DNA of 64,000 nt from Candidatus Omnitrophota bacterium (GCA_041651455.1 JBAZJG010000003.1:83793-147792), one strand, 5' to 3'; counted from the first letter of the stretch, positions 32,969 through 43,463 are shown. Notes: generated by a model from the letters alone, not told the origin. Made by a program: numbers and translations.

Positions 32969-33917
32969 GATACTAAATATGTTCCGTTCCTCCAGCGGGG
33001 AGTTCATCTCCGGCGAGGAGATCAGCGAAAAGCTCGGTATCTCGCGCGCCGCAGTATGGAAGCATATTGAGCAGCTTCGCAAGGACGGCTATGAGATAAC
33101 CGGCGAGACGCATGTCGGCTACCGGTTGACCGGCACTCCGGATAAGCTTATCCCCGAAGAGATATCCCATAAACTCGGTACGAAGGTCATGGGCAGGAAG
33201 GTATACTCCTACGAGTCGACCGACTCGACAAACGACGTCGCGCACCGGCTTGCCCAGTCGGGTTCGCCCGAGGGCACGGTAGTATTCAGCGAGGGCCAGT
33301 CAAAAGGCCGCGGCAGGATGGGGCGGCACTGGGTATCGCCGAAGGGAAAAGGCATCTATTTTTCTTTTATCCTGAGGCCGGACGTATCACCGGCCGAGGC
33401 CCCTAAGATAACGCTTATGTCCGCGGTTGCGGTAGCACTCGCGATAAGGAAAGTGACTCACCTCGGCGCCCTCATTAAATGGCCGAATGACATCCTGATA
33501 AATAACCATAAGGCGGTAGGGATACTTACCGAGATGAGCGCGGAAGTAAATACGGTCAGTTACATAGTCCTCGGCATCGGCATAAACGTCAACACGCCAA
33601 GGAGCGAACTCCCGAAGGAAGCGACATCGCTCAAGGCCGAGGCAGGCGAGGAAGTCCCGCGCGTTGAGCTCGCACAGGAAGTCCTCAGGGAGCTCGACAG
33701 GCAGTACCGCATATTTAACGATAAGGGCTTCAAGAAGATAATAGACGCGTGGAAGGGGCTTTCGCACACATTAGGCGAAGAGGTCAAGATCGCCTGCCAC
33801 GGCAGGAAGATAGAGGGCACCGCGACCGACCTCGACTCGAGCGGCGCGCTGGTAGTCCGCCTCGATAATGGCTTCACGGAACACGTCACTGCGGGTGATG
33901 TGCTGATGGTGAGATAA
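32958..33917 (+). CDS. birA: Bifunctional biotin–[acetyl-CoA-carboxylase] ligase and biotin operon repressor.
   Basis: N-terminal wHTH (…[20 protein letters not shown]…), BirA catalytic GRGRxG-like loop [11 protein letters not shown], and C-terminal SH3-like domain. Confidence 0.9.
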   Translation: MDDKILNMFRSSSGEFISGEEISEKLGISRAAVWKHIEQLRKDGYEITGETHVGYRLTGTPDKLIPEEISHKLGTKVMGRKVYSYESTDSTNDVAHRLAQSGSPEGTVVFSEGQSKGRGRMGRHWVSPKGKGIYFSFILRPDVSPAEAPKITLMSAVAVALAIRKVTHLGALIKWPNDILINNHKAVGILTEMSAEVNTVSYIVLGIGINVNTPRSELPKEATSLKAEAGEEVPRVELAQEVLRELDRQYRIFNDKGFKKIIDAWKGLSHTLGEEVKIACHGRKIEGTATDLDSSGALVVRLDNGFTEHVTAGDVLMVR

Positions 33918-33926
33918 GGAGGCGTC

Positions 33927-35318
33927 ATGAAGAAGTTTTTATTGGTAATAGGTTTGGTGATTGCAGCTATATGTATATATATCCTTAGCATCATATTCGC
34001 GCCGGTACCTTCACTCGATAGCTCTTTAAGTAAATTGAAGGCGCAAGGAATACCTACTACGCTTGAGGAATTAATACCTTTCGAACTTCCTGATTCCGAG
34101 AACGGCGCATTGATATACAAAGAAGCTTTTAGAATATTAGATACTTTTGAGCAAAAATACAGTGTTGGCGAAAAGCATTCCAGGAAATACAAGGATGACT
34201 GGAAATATCTGATAGGCAGAGAAGAATATTTGAATGCCCCTGCAGATAAGAAAAAGGAGATAGGTCAAATAGTTATGAACGATCCTGACCTTAATAAAAT
34301 ATATAGCCTTGTTAATAAAGCGAGCCGAATGAAATGCCAATTCCATAAGAGAGCCGAATATAAAAAAGGATTCGTAATGGAAACGGGGGAATTCGGCCAG
34401 GCCAGAAATTGCGCGAGATTATTGTCGGTGAAAGCCTGCATCGAATCTGAACTAAAATTACACGATGAAGCAGTGAATAGTTCTTCCCTGATATTGAGAA
34501 TTTCTTCTTCTTTTGAAAATGAACCCAGTATAATTGCTCAACTTGTAAGGGAAGCAATATGTCTTATTGGTTTAGATACATTAAGAAGTAATGATGCTGT
34601 TTTCGATGCAAAAGATGCTATCAACGAAAATTGTCTCGATGTATTATCAAAAACGAATAATAGAAGCGCCGTGGAAAACGGTTTTAAAGGTGAACCTATT
34701 TTGGCATATTATACATGCGCCGACCTTCTGAATAACAGCAAGGCTAATCAATTCGATTCGCTCAAGGCTATTGGAATTCTCGCGGAAAAGCCATCATTAT
34801 ACTCAATCCATTTTTATCTTTTGGGCTGTTTTAATCCTAGAAAGCTAATAAACGAACAAATGATATATTATTTTGACGAAATGTCTAAAGCATACGTTGT
34901 CCTGAAAATGCCTTATCATGAAGGTAGTATAATATTGAAGGACTTGATTGATAAAATGGCATCTGGGCGCGGCAAAGAAATGATTCTTGTAAATTTAATA
35001 TATCCTGGAGTCGATAGATACTATACAAGAAGTGAGGAAATAGGCGCCTATATCGATATTGCTTCCTTAGGCGTCGCTAATAGGTTGTATAAGTCAAAAC
35101 ACGGCAGATTTGCCGATTCTCTTGGCCAATTGTCGCCCGGAATATTACCATCGGTCCCTAAAGACCCGTTCTCGGGAAATGATTACGTATACAAAAAAGA
35201 AGGGGACGGTTTCATCATCTACAGCCTCGGAAAGAACATGAAGGATGATAACGGCAAATTCGAGAAAATGGGCACGAAAGGCGATTTTGATATTTCGTGG
35301 CGGGACTCAGGTAAATAA
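33927..35318 (+). CDS. Low-GC hypothetical membrane-anchored protein with a pseudopilin (GspG)-like C-terminal tail but no prepilin leader.
   Basis: Single N-terminal TM helix (MKKFLLVIGLVIAAICIYILSIIFA) without the G/F-T-L-x-E prepilin motif. C-terminus …PKDPFSGNDYVYKKEGDGFIIYSLGKNMKDDNGKFEKMGTKGDFDISW matches the T2SS major pseudopilin C-terminal pattern. GC is visibly lower than in the neighbours. Confidence 0.6.
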   Translation: MKKFLLVIGLVIAAICIYILSIIFAPVPSLDSSLSKLKAQGIPTTLEELIPFELPDSENGALIYKEAFRILDTFEQKYSVGEKHSRKYKDDWKYLIGREEYLNAPADKKKEIGQIVMNDPDLNKIYSLVNKASRMKCQFHKRAEYKKGFVMETGEFGQARNCARLLSVKACIESELKLHDEAVNSSSLILRISSSFENEPSIIAQLVREAICLIGLDTLRSNDAVFDAKDAINENCLDVLSKTNNRSAVENGFKGEPILAYYTCADLLNNSKANQFDSLKAIGILAEKPSLYSIHFYLLGCFNPRKLINEQMIYYFDEMSKAYVVLKMPYHEGSIILKDLIDKMASGRGKEMILVNLIYPGVDRYYTRSEEIGAYIDIASLGVANRLYKSKHGRFADSLGQLSPGILPSVPKDPFSGNDYVYKKEGDGFIIYSLGKNMKDDNGKFEKMGTKGDFDISWRDSGK

Positions 35319-35327
35319 AGGATATTT

Positions 35328-36038
35328 ATGACATCCTCAATAAATAATAGCGAAGGATTACGCAGTTTTTATAACGACGTCTATTCAAAGGGCGATATCC
35401 GCGACAACGAGAAGCTCTACAAGTGGATAGTCGGTCTTTGCGTGCCGCAGCCGGGCAAAAAGCTCCTTGATATCGCCTGCGGCATCGGGCTAGTACTCAA
35501 GGCAGGGCAGGAGGCGGGGCTTAAAACCTTCGGCCTCGATATCTCCGATGAAGCGATAAAACGCGCGAAGGCAATATCGCCGGAATCGGAATTAGTCGTC
35601 GGAGACGGCGAGAACCTCCCGTGGCCGGAGGGCTCTTTTGATTATGTTACTTCCCTCGGCAGCCTGGAGCATTACCTCGACCCGGAGAAGGGCGTCAGGG
35701 AGATTGCCAGGGTCATGTCAAATGACGGGACCGCGGTCATAATGCTGCCGAACAGTTATGCTTACGGCGAAATAATAAAAGCTTTGTTCACCGGCAGGAG
35801 CTCCGATGAATGGCAGGCGGTCGAACGCCACGCCACGGTAAACCAATGGAAAGAGATGCTCGGGAAGAACGGCCTGAAAATCGCCGGAATAAAAGGATAC
35901 AACAAATATCCCGAGTTCTTCAAGCCGGGGACGCGTAAGGTCAAATCGCTTAGGAAATTCTTTATCACCTGTTTCTTCAGGTACCTTACACCGTTCAATC
36001 TCGCGCAGCAGTTCGTATATATATGCAAGAAGGGATAA
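35328..36038 (+). CDS. Class I SAM-dependent methyltransferase (Methyltransf_11-like).
   Basis: Motif I LDIACGIGLV, motif post-I …FGLDISDEAI… and motif II/III region. 236 aa. Confidence 0.75.
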   Translation: MTSSINNSEGLRSFYNDVYSKGDIRDNEKLYKWIVGLCVPQPGKKLLDIACGIGLVLKAGQEAGLKTFGLDISDEAIKRAKAISPESELVVGDGENLPWPEGSFDYVTSLGSLEHYLDPEKGVREIARVMSNDGTAVIMLPNSYAYGEIIKALFTGRSSDEWQAVERHATVNQWKEMLGKNGLKIAGIKGYNKYPEFFKPGTRKVKSLRKFFITCFFRYLTPFNLAQQFVYICKKG

Positions 36039-36040
36039 GG

Positions 36041-36766
36041 ATGCTTTTAACCGCGGACATCGGAAACACGAGCACCGCTTTCGGGATATTTAAGGGCAAA
36101 AAACTCATCAGGTCATGGAAGGTCTCGACAGGCCATGTCGTATCCGGCAAGCCGATCAAATTGCCTGATGGTATCGGGCGAGTGATAATATCCAGCGTCG
36201 TCCCGAAAGCGACGCCTATCGTCAATAGGGCGATATCCCGAAAATACGGGACCAAACCTCTTATCCTCGGGAAGAATATCAAAGCGCCGATAAAAAATCT
36301 CTACAAGAAGCCGAAACAGGTGGGGCAGGACCGTCTCGTTGATGCATTCGCTGTAAAAGAGCTTTACGGTTATCCCGCGATAGTCGTAGATTTCGGGACC
36401 GCGATAACGTTCGACGTCATATCCAAAAAGGGCGAGTACCTCGGCGGACTGATATTCCCCGGGATAGAGACATCCCTTAACGCGCTTTCGGAAAAGGCCG
36501 CATTACTTCCTAAGATAACTGTCGTGCCGCCGAAGGGATTGATCGGACGCGACACCGCCGACAGCATGAGAAGCGGCGTCTTCCATGGCATCGGGGCCCT
36601 ATGCGACGGCGTCATCTCACGTTTAAGGGAGAAGCTCGGCCCAATGACCGTAATAGCAACAGGCGGCCACGCGAAGGTCATCTCGAAATTCACAGGTTCG
36701 ATCCGTAATGTCGATATCTGTTTGACATTGAAGGGGCTTAACCTGATCGCTGGGAGGTATAAATGA
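36041..36766 (+). CDS. coaX: Type III pantothenate kinase.
   Basis: MLLTADIGNTSTAFGIF (ASKHA phosphate-1 DxGNT), …VDFGTAIT… and …IATGG…. The true start is M7 of the track ORF, with a GAAGGGA RBS. Confidence 0.85.
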   Translation: MLLTADIGNTSTAFGIFKGKKLIRSWKVSTGHVVSGKPIKLPDGIGRVIISSVVPKATPIVNRAISRKYGTKPLILGKNIKAPIKNLYKKPKQVGQDRLVDAFAVKELYGYPAIVVDFGTAITFDVISKKGEYLGGLIFPGIETSLNALSEKAALLPKITVVPPKGLIGRDTADSMRSGVFHGIGALCDGVISRLREKLGPMTVIATGGHAKVISKFTGSIRNVDICLTLKGLNLIAGRYK

Positions 36767-37326
36767 ATTCCGGAAAGATGCCGGCATTGTTATTTATCTA
36801 TATGCTTATTATGTGGGCCGTAAGCATCAGTTTATTGCTTGTTTCGTTCTTAAACGGATTCAGGCCGGCGGATTTCAAGCCATTATCTTTTCTATTGATG
36901 CCCGTATTGGTATTAACCATACTCTTAGGGATAATCTATGATATCGCTGTGCTTATATTGCATCTGTTCAATAAGCGGACTCCGGAATATCCGCTTGCCG
37001 TGTTCTTCCCGTTTATCCTCATCATTCTAGTTTTCACCATGCCAATATTAAATTACTTCGGACAGGAGACAGCAATATCATTTGCGGGCAGGAAGGCGCT
37101 TATAAATGACGCCGATAAATTAATGTCAAATGCGGGTAGAGATATTGTAGAACTTCCGGAAAAAGAATACCCGGACAGCTTCAGGAGATTAGGTGCTTTT
37201 CGCGTCTTTTTCAACGATTCATCGGTCGAATTAACACTTGATGGGTGGGTATCAAAGAAGTACGGCATAACTATATCTTCGAGTAATAAAGGCCCCGAAC
37301 GTATATCCAGGTTCGAACGTAATTAA
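36763..37326 (+). CDS. Hypothetical small membrane protein (low GC).
   Basis: Three predicted TM segments in the first 100 aa and no recognisable domain. ATGA-coupled to the coaX stop. AT-rich codon usage. Confidence 0.5.
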   Translation: MNSGKMPALLFIYMLIMWAVSISLLLVSFLNGFRPADFKPLSFLLMPVLVLTILLGIIYDIAVLILHLFNKRTPEYPLAVFFPFILIILVFTMPILNYFGQETAISFAGRKALINDADKLMSNAGRDIVELPEKEYPDSFRRLGAFRVFFNDSSVELTLDGWVSKKYGITISSSNKGPERISRFERN

Positions 37327-37333
37327 ATATTTC

Positions 37334-37361
37334 TTGACAAAATCACTGTTATACGTATAAT
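37334..37361 (+). promoter_or_regulatory. Sigma-70-type promoter of the groES-groEL-groES operon.
   Basis: TTGACA (37334–39), a 16-nt spacer, then TATAAT (37356–61), immediately upstream of the CIRCE operator. Confidence 0.5.
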
Positions 37362-37372
37362 ATATGACAAAA

Positions 37373-37399
37373 TTAGCACTCAGTATACTTGAGTGCTAA
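37373..37399 (+). promoter_or_regulatory. CIRCE inverted repeat (HrcA operator).
   Basis: Perfect consensus TTAGCACTC-N9-GAGTGCTAA (N9 = agtatactt) between the promoter and the groES start. Confidence 0.85.
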
Positions 37400-37423
37400 T
37401 TTCCCACTTTAAGGAGGTGTTAA

Positions 37424-39366
<1,943 letters not shown>

Positions 39367-39390
39367 ACCCAAATCCAAGGAGGAAAATAA

Positions 39391-39678
39391 ATGAACCTTA
39401 AGCCATTAGGCGACAAAGTGATCGTGGAAGTATTGAGCGCCGAAGAGAAGACAAAGGGCGGCATCATACTCCCGGACACCGCGAAGGAGAAACCGCAGGA
39501 AGCGAAGGTCATAGCCGTCGGATCGGGCAAGGTGCTCGATAACGGCAAGACGGTCGCTCCCGATGTGAAGGCCGGAGACATAGTCATTTTCGGGAAATAT
39601 TCCGGAAGCGAGGTCAAGGTCGAAGAAAAAGAGTACTTAATTATAGACTCGGATGACATCTTGGCAATAGTTAAATAA
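39391..39678 (+). CDS. groES: Co-chaperonin GroES (copy 2, divergent paralogue downstream of groEL).
   Basis: 95 aa, about 60 % identical to copy 1 ([13 protein letters not shown]…[25 protein letters not shown]…). AAGGAGG RBS. Confidence 0.9.
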   Translation: MNLKPLGDKVIVEVLSAEEKTKGGIILPDTAKEKPQEAKVIAVGSGKVLDNGKTVAPDVKAGDIVIFGKYSGSEVKVEEKEYLIIDSDDILAIVK

Positions 39679-39689
39679 TAAGTACTTTT

Positions 39690-39741
39690 AACACAATAGT
39701 GCCCCTTGGCTCCGCGGTCAGGGGGCATTTTACTTTGTGTT
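39690..39741 (+). terminator. Imperfect GC-cored hairpin followed by a T-rich tract; candidate intrinsic terminator of the groESL-groES operon.
   Basis: Arms aacacaa…gtgcccc and gggggca…ttgtgtt enclose a 15-nt loop, then ttttactttgtgtt. It marks the boundary to the low-GC island. Confidence 0.35.
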
Positions 39742-39856
39742 AATCAAAGTGAATAGTGGCATAAATTTCGTTAAGGATGTGTAGATAACTAAGAGCATGA
39801 ATCTGCATATTATATGTTGCGATGAAAGAAAAACCAAGCAATAACCTGGAGTACTC

Positions 39857-41887
39857 GTGAATAAGATAGACCTACATATACACACAATTCCTACAGTGAG
39901 CGACTCCCCCTTCAGCTTCAAACTCGCCACATTACGGAGATACGTCGTTGAAGCAGCTTTGGATGCCATTGCCATAACGAACCACAATGTATTTGACCGC
40001 AGTCAGTTCACAGCAATTGACAACGAACTGGATGTTGTTGTCTTCCCCGGGATAGAAGTTACCCTCGACTGCGGGCACATTCTCATAATCAGTGACATAG
40101 CCAAGCTGAACCAGTTCGAGAAACAGGCTCAGCAACTTCACAGCCGCATTACCCAAGCTCATGACAGCATCACTATTGATGAGCTTACAAAAATCTTCCA
40201 TAATTTAGAGGAGTACCTGGTCATTCCACATTATGATAAGAAACCAGCAATCAAAGACGATGCTCTGAAACGCATGGCGAAATACGTATCGGCTGGTGAG
40301 GTGGATAGCGCCAAGAAATTCATCCGTGCAATCAAGGACGACGCAAAAGTTACACCGGTCCTTTTCAGCGACATTCGAATCGGCGATACACTCGATAACA
40401 TTCCTACTAGACAGACCTTTGTTGACTGCGGCGAGGTTACGTTGGCTGCCCTCAAGAAATGCCTGCAAGACAAAGGGAAGGTTGCCCTGTCTGAAGCCCA
40501 TGGGAATAGCCTTTTCCAGATTTTTGACGACGGCCAGAAGTTATCTACAGGACTCAACATCCTTCTAGGTGAGAGATCGTCAGGGAAAACATACACCCTA
40601 GATAAAATCAATGCATCGCATGACCAAGTAAAATACATCAAACAGTTCTCGTTGGTGCAACAAGATGAAGTCGCGTGTGAACGCGAATTCAGCCGAGATC
40701 TCCAGAGAACCAGGAGCCAATTTATCGAAGAATACCTATCAAGGTTCAAGATTGTTCTAAATGATGTTATGAATGTCGACCTGTATTCTGATGATCGAGA
40801 AGTTGACAATTACATCCTTAATCTTCATGAGGCTGCGGAGGAAGCAGACAGGAGAGACGCCTTCTCAAATTGCGCACTATTTGATGAATCGGAGTTTTCG
40901 ATTAGCGATGATAAGGTACTGATTGAGTTGATAGCATCAATTAGGCAGATAATACAGAATGTTGAATACCAACCAATCATTAATAAATATGTGGACCGTC
41001 AGTCGCTCAAGCAGCTTGCAGTAGAACTAATTGAATTGCTCTGGGCAAGAGGACGTGAATGGAAGAAGAAGACTATAGTAAACGAGATGGTACTTGAGAT
41101 TCGGCAGGCGCTGAAGAGACGCACGTCTACGGTTCAGGTTCCCGACGTAAATCTCTACCGCGTGAGCTTAAACAAAAAAAAGGTTGAAACATTCTCCGAG
41201 ATTGTAAAATGTCTCCAAGAACATGCAGTAATCTCAGAGGAACCTATCCAGAGGTTCCGGGTTATTGCGACAAAGGATCCCTTCGCGGGAGCAGGCGAGA
41301 TTAAATCTATAAGTGGGGTAAAGACGACATTCCGTGAATCGTTTGCGGAATACGCACACCCCTATAAGTATCTACAGGCGTTGCTATCCAATGATGATTT
41401 GACTCGCTCAGAAATATACAAGTATTTTGTGAAGATAACCTACAGTATTCTAAACCCGGATGGATTCGAAGTATCTGGTGGTGAGCGATCAGAGTTTAGG
41501 CTACTTCAAGCGATCAAGGATGCACAAAACTATGACATTCTACTGGTCGATGAACCAGAGTCCTCCTTCGACAACCTATTTCTCCGGAGCGATGTCAACA
41601 AAATCATCAAAGAGATTTCGGAGACGATGCCAGTAGTTGTGGTTACTCACAACAGCACTGTGGGTGCGTCGGTTGGTGCCGATTATCTCCTGTATGCAAG
41701 GAAGGAGATAGAGGAAGGCAAAGTAGTCTACAGATTGTACTCTGGCTATCCAACGGACCTAACTCTTCACTCCCTCGACGGCAAAGCGATCAGCAACTAT
41801 CAGATCACAATGAATTCACTTGAGGCGGGCTGCGAAGCCTACGATAACAGGAGGAATGGATATGAAGCTATTAGAGATAAGGGATAA
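39857..41887 (+). CDS. Fusion protein with an N-terminal PHP-family phosphoesterase domain and a C-terminal ABC/SMC-type (OLD/AAA_15-21-like) ATPase; candidate defence nuclease-ATPase.
   Basis: PHP His motifs (IDLHIHT, AITNHN, IPHYD) in the first ~200 aa. Walker A LLGERSSGKTY, ABC signature-like SGGERSE, Walker B ILLVDEPESSFD, and H-loop VVVTHN. GTG start. Markedly lower GC and AT-rich third codon positions. Confidence 0.8.
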   Translation: MNKIDLHIHTIPTVSDSPFSFKLATLRRYVVEAALDAIAITNHNVFDRSQFTAIDNELDVVVFPGIEVTLDCGHILIISDIAKLNQFEKQAQQLHSRITQAHDSITIDELTKIFHNLEEYLVIPHYDKKPAIKDDALKRMAKYVSAGEVDSAKKFIRAIKDDAKVTPVLFSDIRIGDTLDNIPTRQTFVDCGEVTLAALKKCLQDKGKVALSEAHGNSLFQIFDDGQKLSTGLNILLGERSSGKTYTLDKINASHDQVKYIKQFSLVQQDEVACEREFSRDLQRTRSQFIEEYLSRFKIVLNDVMNVDLYSDDREVDNYILNLHEAAEEADRRDAFSNCALFDESEFSISDDKVLIELIASIRQIIQNVEYQPIINKYVDRQSLKQLAVELIELLWARGREWKKKTIVNEMVLEIRQALKRRTSTVQVPDVNLYRVSLNKKKVETFSEIVKCLQEHAVISEEPIQRFRVIATKDPFAGAGEIKSISGVKTTFRESFAEYAHPYKYLQALLSNDDLTRSEIYKYFVKITYSILNPDGFEVSGGERSEFRLLQAIKDAQNYDILLVDEPESSFDNLFLRSDVNKIIKEISETMPVVVVTHNSTVGASVGADYLLYARKEIEEGKVVYRLYSGYPTDLTLHSLDGKAISNYQITMNSLEAGCEAYDNRRNGYEAIRDKG

Positions 41888-42155
41888 TCTTGGATATTAT
41901 CTTGATGCCAACAACGCATTCGTTCTAATTGACAAGATCACCAAGGAAGATCTTCTCAGGCTGGTAGACCAGACGCTTAACAAAGATGTTGAGTTTGACG
42001 AGTACAACGATGAGGCCGTCAAGAATCAAGCTCATCAGATTCTCTATAAAAGTATATTTGAGAAGTTACAGGACTTGAAAGTGCGCAGAAAAGAGTTCAC
42101 TGATGAGTCCAAACGACTATATTTGCAGGAGCACGAGTGGTATCGAAAGAAATAG
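41862..42155 (+). CDS. Small acidic helical protein (~97 aa) translationally coupled to the PHP-ATPase gene. Function unknown.
   Basis: AGGAGG RBS lies inside the 3' end of the upstream gene, 7 nt before the ATG at 41862. It overlaps the upstream stop by about 26 nt. The track ORF starts at an upstream TTG at 41820. No recognisable domain. Same low-GC composition. Confidence 0.55.
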   Translation: MKLLEIRDNLGYYLDANNAFVLIDKITKEDLLRLVDQTLNKDVEFDEYNDEAVKNQAHQILYKSIFEKLQDLKVRRKEFTDESKRLYLQEHEWYRKK

Positions 42156-42238
42156 TCACAGAAAGGAACGGAAGGCGATGCGATAAGCTACGCGCCTTAG
42201 CACCTGCGTTGGCGACCCTTCTAAATATGGGGATTTCC

Positions 42239-42267
42239 TTGACTTTTTAACCCGGTTTTTGTATCAT
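42239..42267 (+). promoter_or_regulatory. Sigma-70-type promoter upstream of the IMPDH-like/guaA pair.
   Basis: TTGACT, a 17-nt spacer, then TATCAT, about 30 nt upstream of the AAGGAGG RBS of the 42299 gene. Confidence 0.4.
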
Positions 42268-42298
42268 AATTGTCTAAATTCAAGGAGGTTCCGGAAAC

Positions 42299-43459
42299 AT
42301 GGGTGAATATATAGGTATCGGAAGGAAGGCCCGCCGTTGCTACGGTTTTGATGAGATCGCGCTTGCCCCGGGAAGAGTCACGATAAACCCCGCAGAAGTA
42401 GATACAAGCTGGAAAATAGACGGAAAGAAATTCAATGTGCCCATACTTGCCGCCGCCATGGACGGCGTCGTTGACGTCAAGTTCGCGATAGCGATGGGAA
42501 AGGTCGGAGGCGTGGCGGTGCTCAACCTCGAAGGCGTCCAGACCAGATATGAGGACCCGGACGAGGTCCTCGAGCAGCTTGTCAGGGCCGACCCCGAGAA
42601 GGCCACCGAGATAATCCAGTCGATATACACGAAACCCATACAGGAAAAGCTCGTAGAGAAGAGGATCCGCCAGATAAAAGATGCCGACGTACCCGCGGTA
42701 GTCAGCGCGATACCGCAGCGCGCGGAGAGGTTCGGCAAGATAGCGCAGGACGCAGGCGCGGACATCTTCGTCATACAATCCACGGTCAGCACCGTTAAGC
42801 ATCTTTCTAAGGAATACAAGGCCCTCGACATAAAGAAATTCTGCAAGTCGGTCAAGATACCCGTCATCGTAGGCAATTGCGTCGGATATGATGTCGCGAT
42901 GGACCTCATGAACAGCGGAGCGTCCGCGATACTCGTAGGCATCGGCCCCGGCGCCGCATGTACGACAAGAGGCGTACTCGGCATCGGCGTACCGCAGGTC
43001 ACCGCGACGGTCGACTGCGCGGCAGCACGCGACGTGTTCTTCAAGAAGACAAAGAAATATATCCCTATCATAACGGACGGCGGAATGAGGGCCGGCGGCG
43101 ACATCTGCAAGGCGTTCGCCTGCGGCTCGGATGCCGTAATGGTAGGTTCGGCATTCGCGAGGGCGGTGGAAGCGCCCGGCCGCGGTTACCACTGGGGGAT
43201 GGCCACGCCCCATGCGAACCTCCCGCGCGGTACAAGGATACATGTAGGCACTACCGGGACGCTCGAGGAGATACTCTTCGGGCCCGCCAGGTTCGACGAC
43301 GGCTCGCAGAACCTCATGGGCGCGCTGCAGACATCTATGGGTTCGGTCGGCGCAAAGGACATCAAGGAATTCCAGAAGACAGAGATCATAATAGCTCCGT
43401 CCATAAGGACCGAGGGAAAGATATTCCAGCAGGTCCAAAGAGTGGGAATGGGCAAATAA
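42299..43459 (+). CDS. guaB: IMP dehydrogenase family protein lacking the CBS/Bateman subdomain (GuaB3-like short form).
   Basis: Catalytic Cys loop [11 protein letters not shown], phosphate-binding …[25 protein letters not shown]…, and N-terminal …[11 protein letters not shown]…. Only a ~60 aa linker where the CBS pair would be. Immediately upstream of guaA. Confidence 0.7.
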   Translation: MGEYIGIGRKARRCYGFDEIALAPGRVTINPAEVDTSWKIDGKKFNVPILAAAMDGVVDVKFAIAMGKVGGVAVLNLEGVQTRYEDPDEVLEQLVRADPEKATEIIQSIYTKPIQEKLVEKRIRQIKDADVPAVVSAIPQRAERFGKIAQDAGADIFVIQSTVSTVKHLSKEYKALDIKKFCKSVKIPVIVGNCVGYDVAMDLMNSGASAILVGIGPGAACTTRGVLGIGVPQVTATVDCAAARDVFFKKTKKYIPIITDGGMRAGGDICKAFACGSDAVMVGSAFARAVEAPGRGYHWGMATPHANLPRGTRIHVGTTGTLEEILFGPARFDDGSQNLMGALQTSMGSVGAKDIKEFQKTEIIIAPSIRTEGKIFQQVQRVGMGK

Positions 43460-43463
43460 AATA

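Noticed and set aside
33927-34020. Possible type IV prepilin leader on the 33927 protein.
   Set aside because: The N-terminus MKKFLLVIGLVIAA… lacks the G/(F,M)-T-L-x-E cleavage and methylation motif. Only the C-terminal tail is pseudopilin-like.
39857-40450. The PHP domain of the island gene as a duplicated fragment of dnaE (45045).
   Set aside because: Only the generic PHP His motifs are shared. Sequence, composition and downstream domains are unrelated to DnaE.
42156-42235. A half-CIRCE-like 'ttagcacc' downstream of the small partner ORF, and possible direct repeats flanking the island.
   Set aside because: It is a single 8-nt partial match without the inverted partner. No convincing direct repeats over 8 nt were found between 39742–39856 and 42156–42298 by eye. 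An att-site search needs computation.
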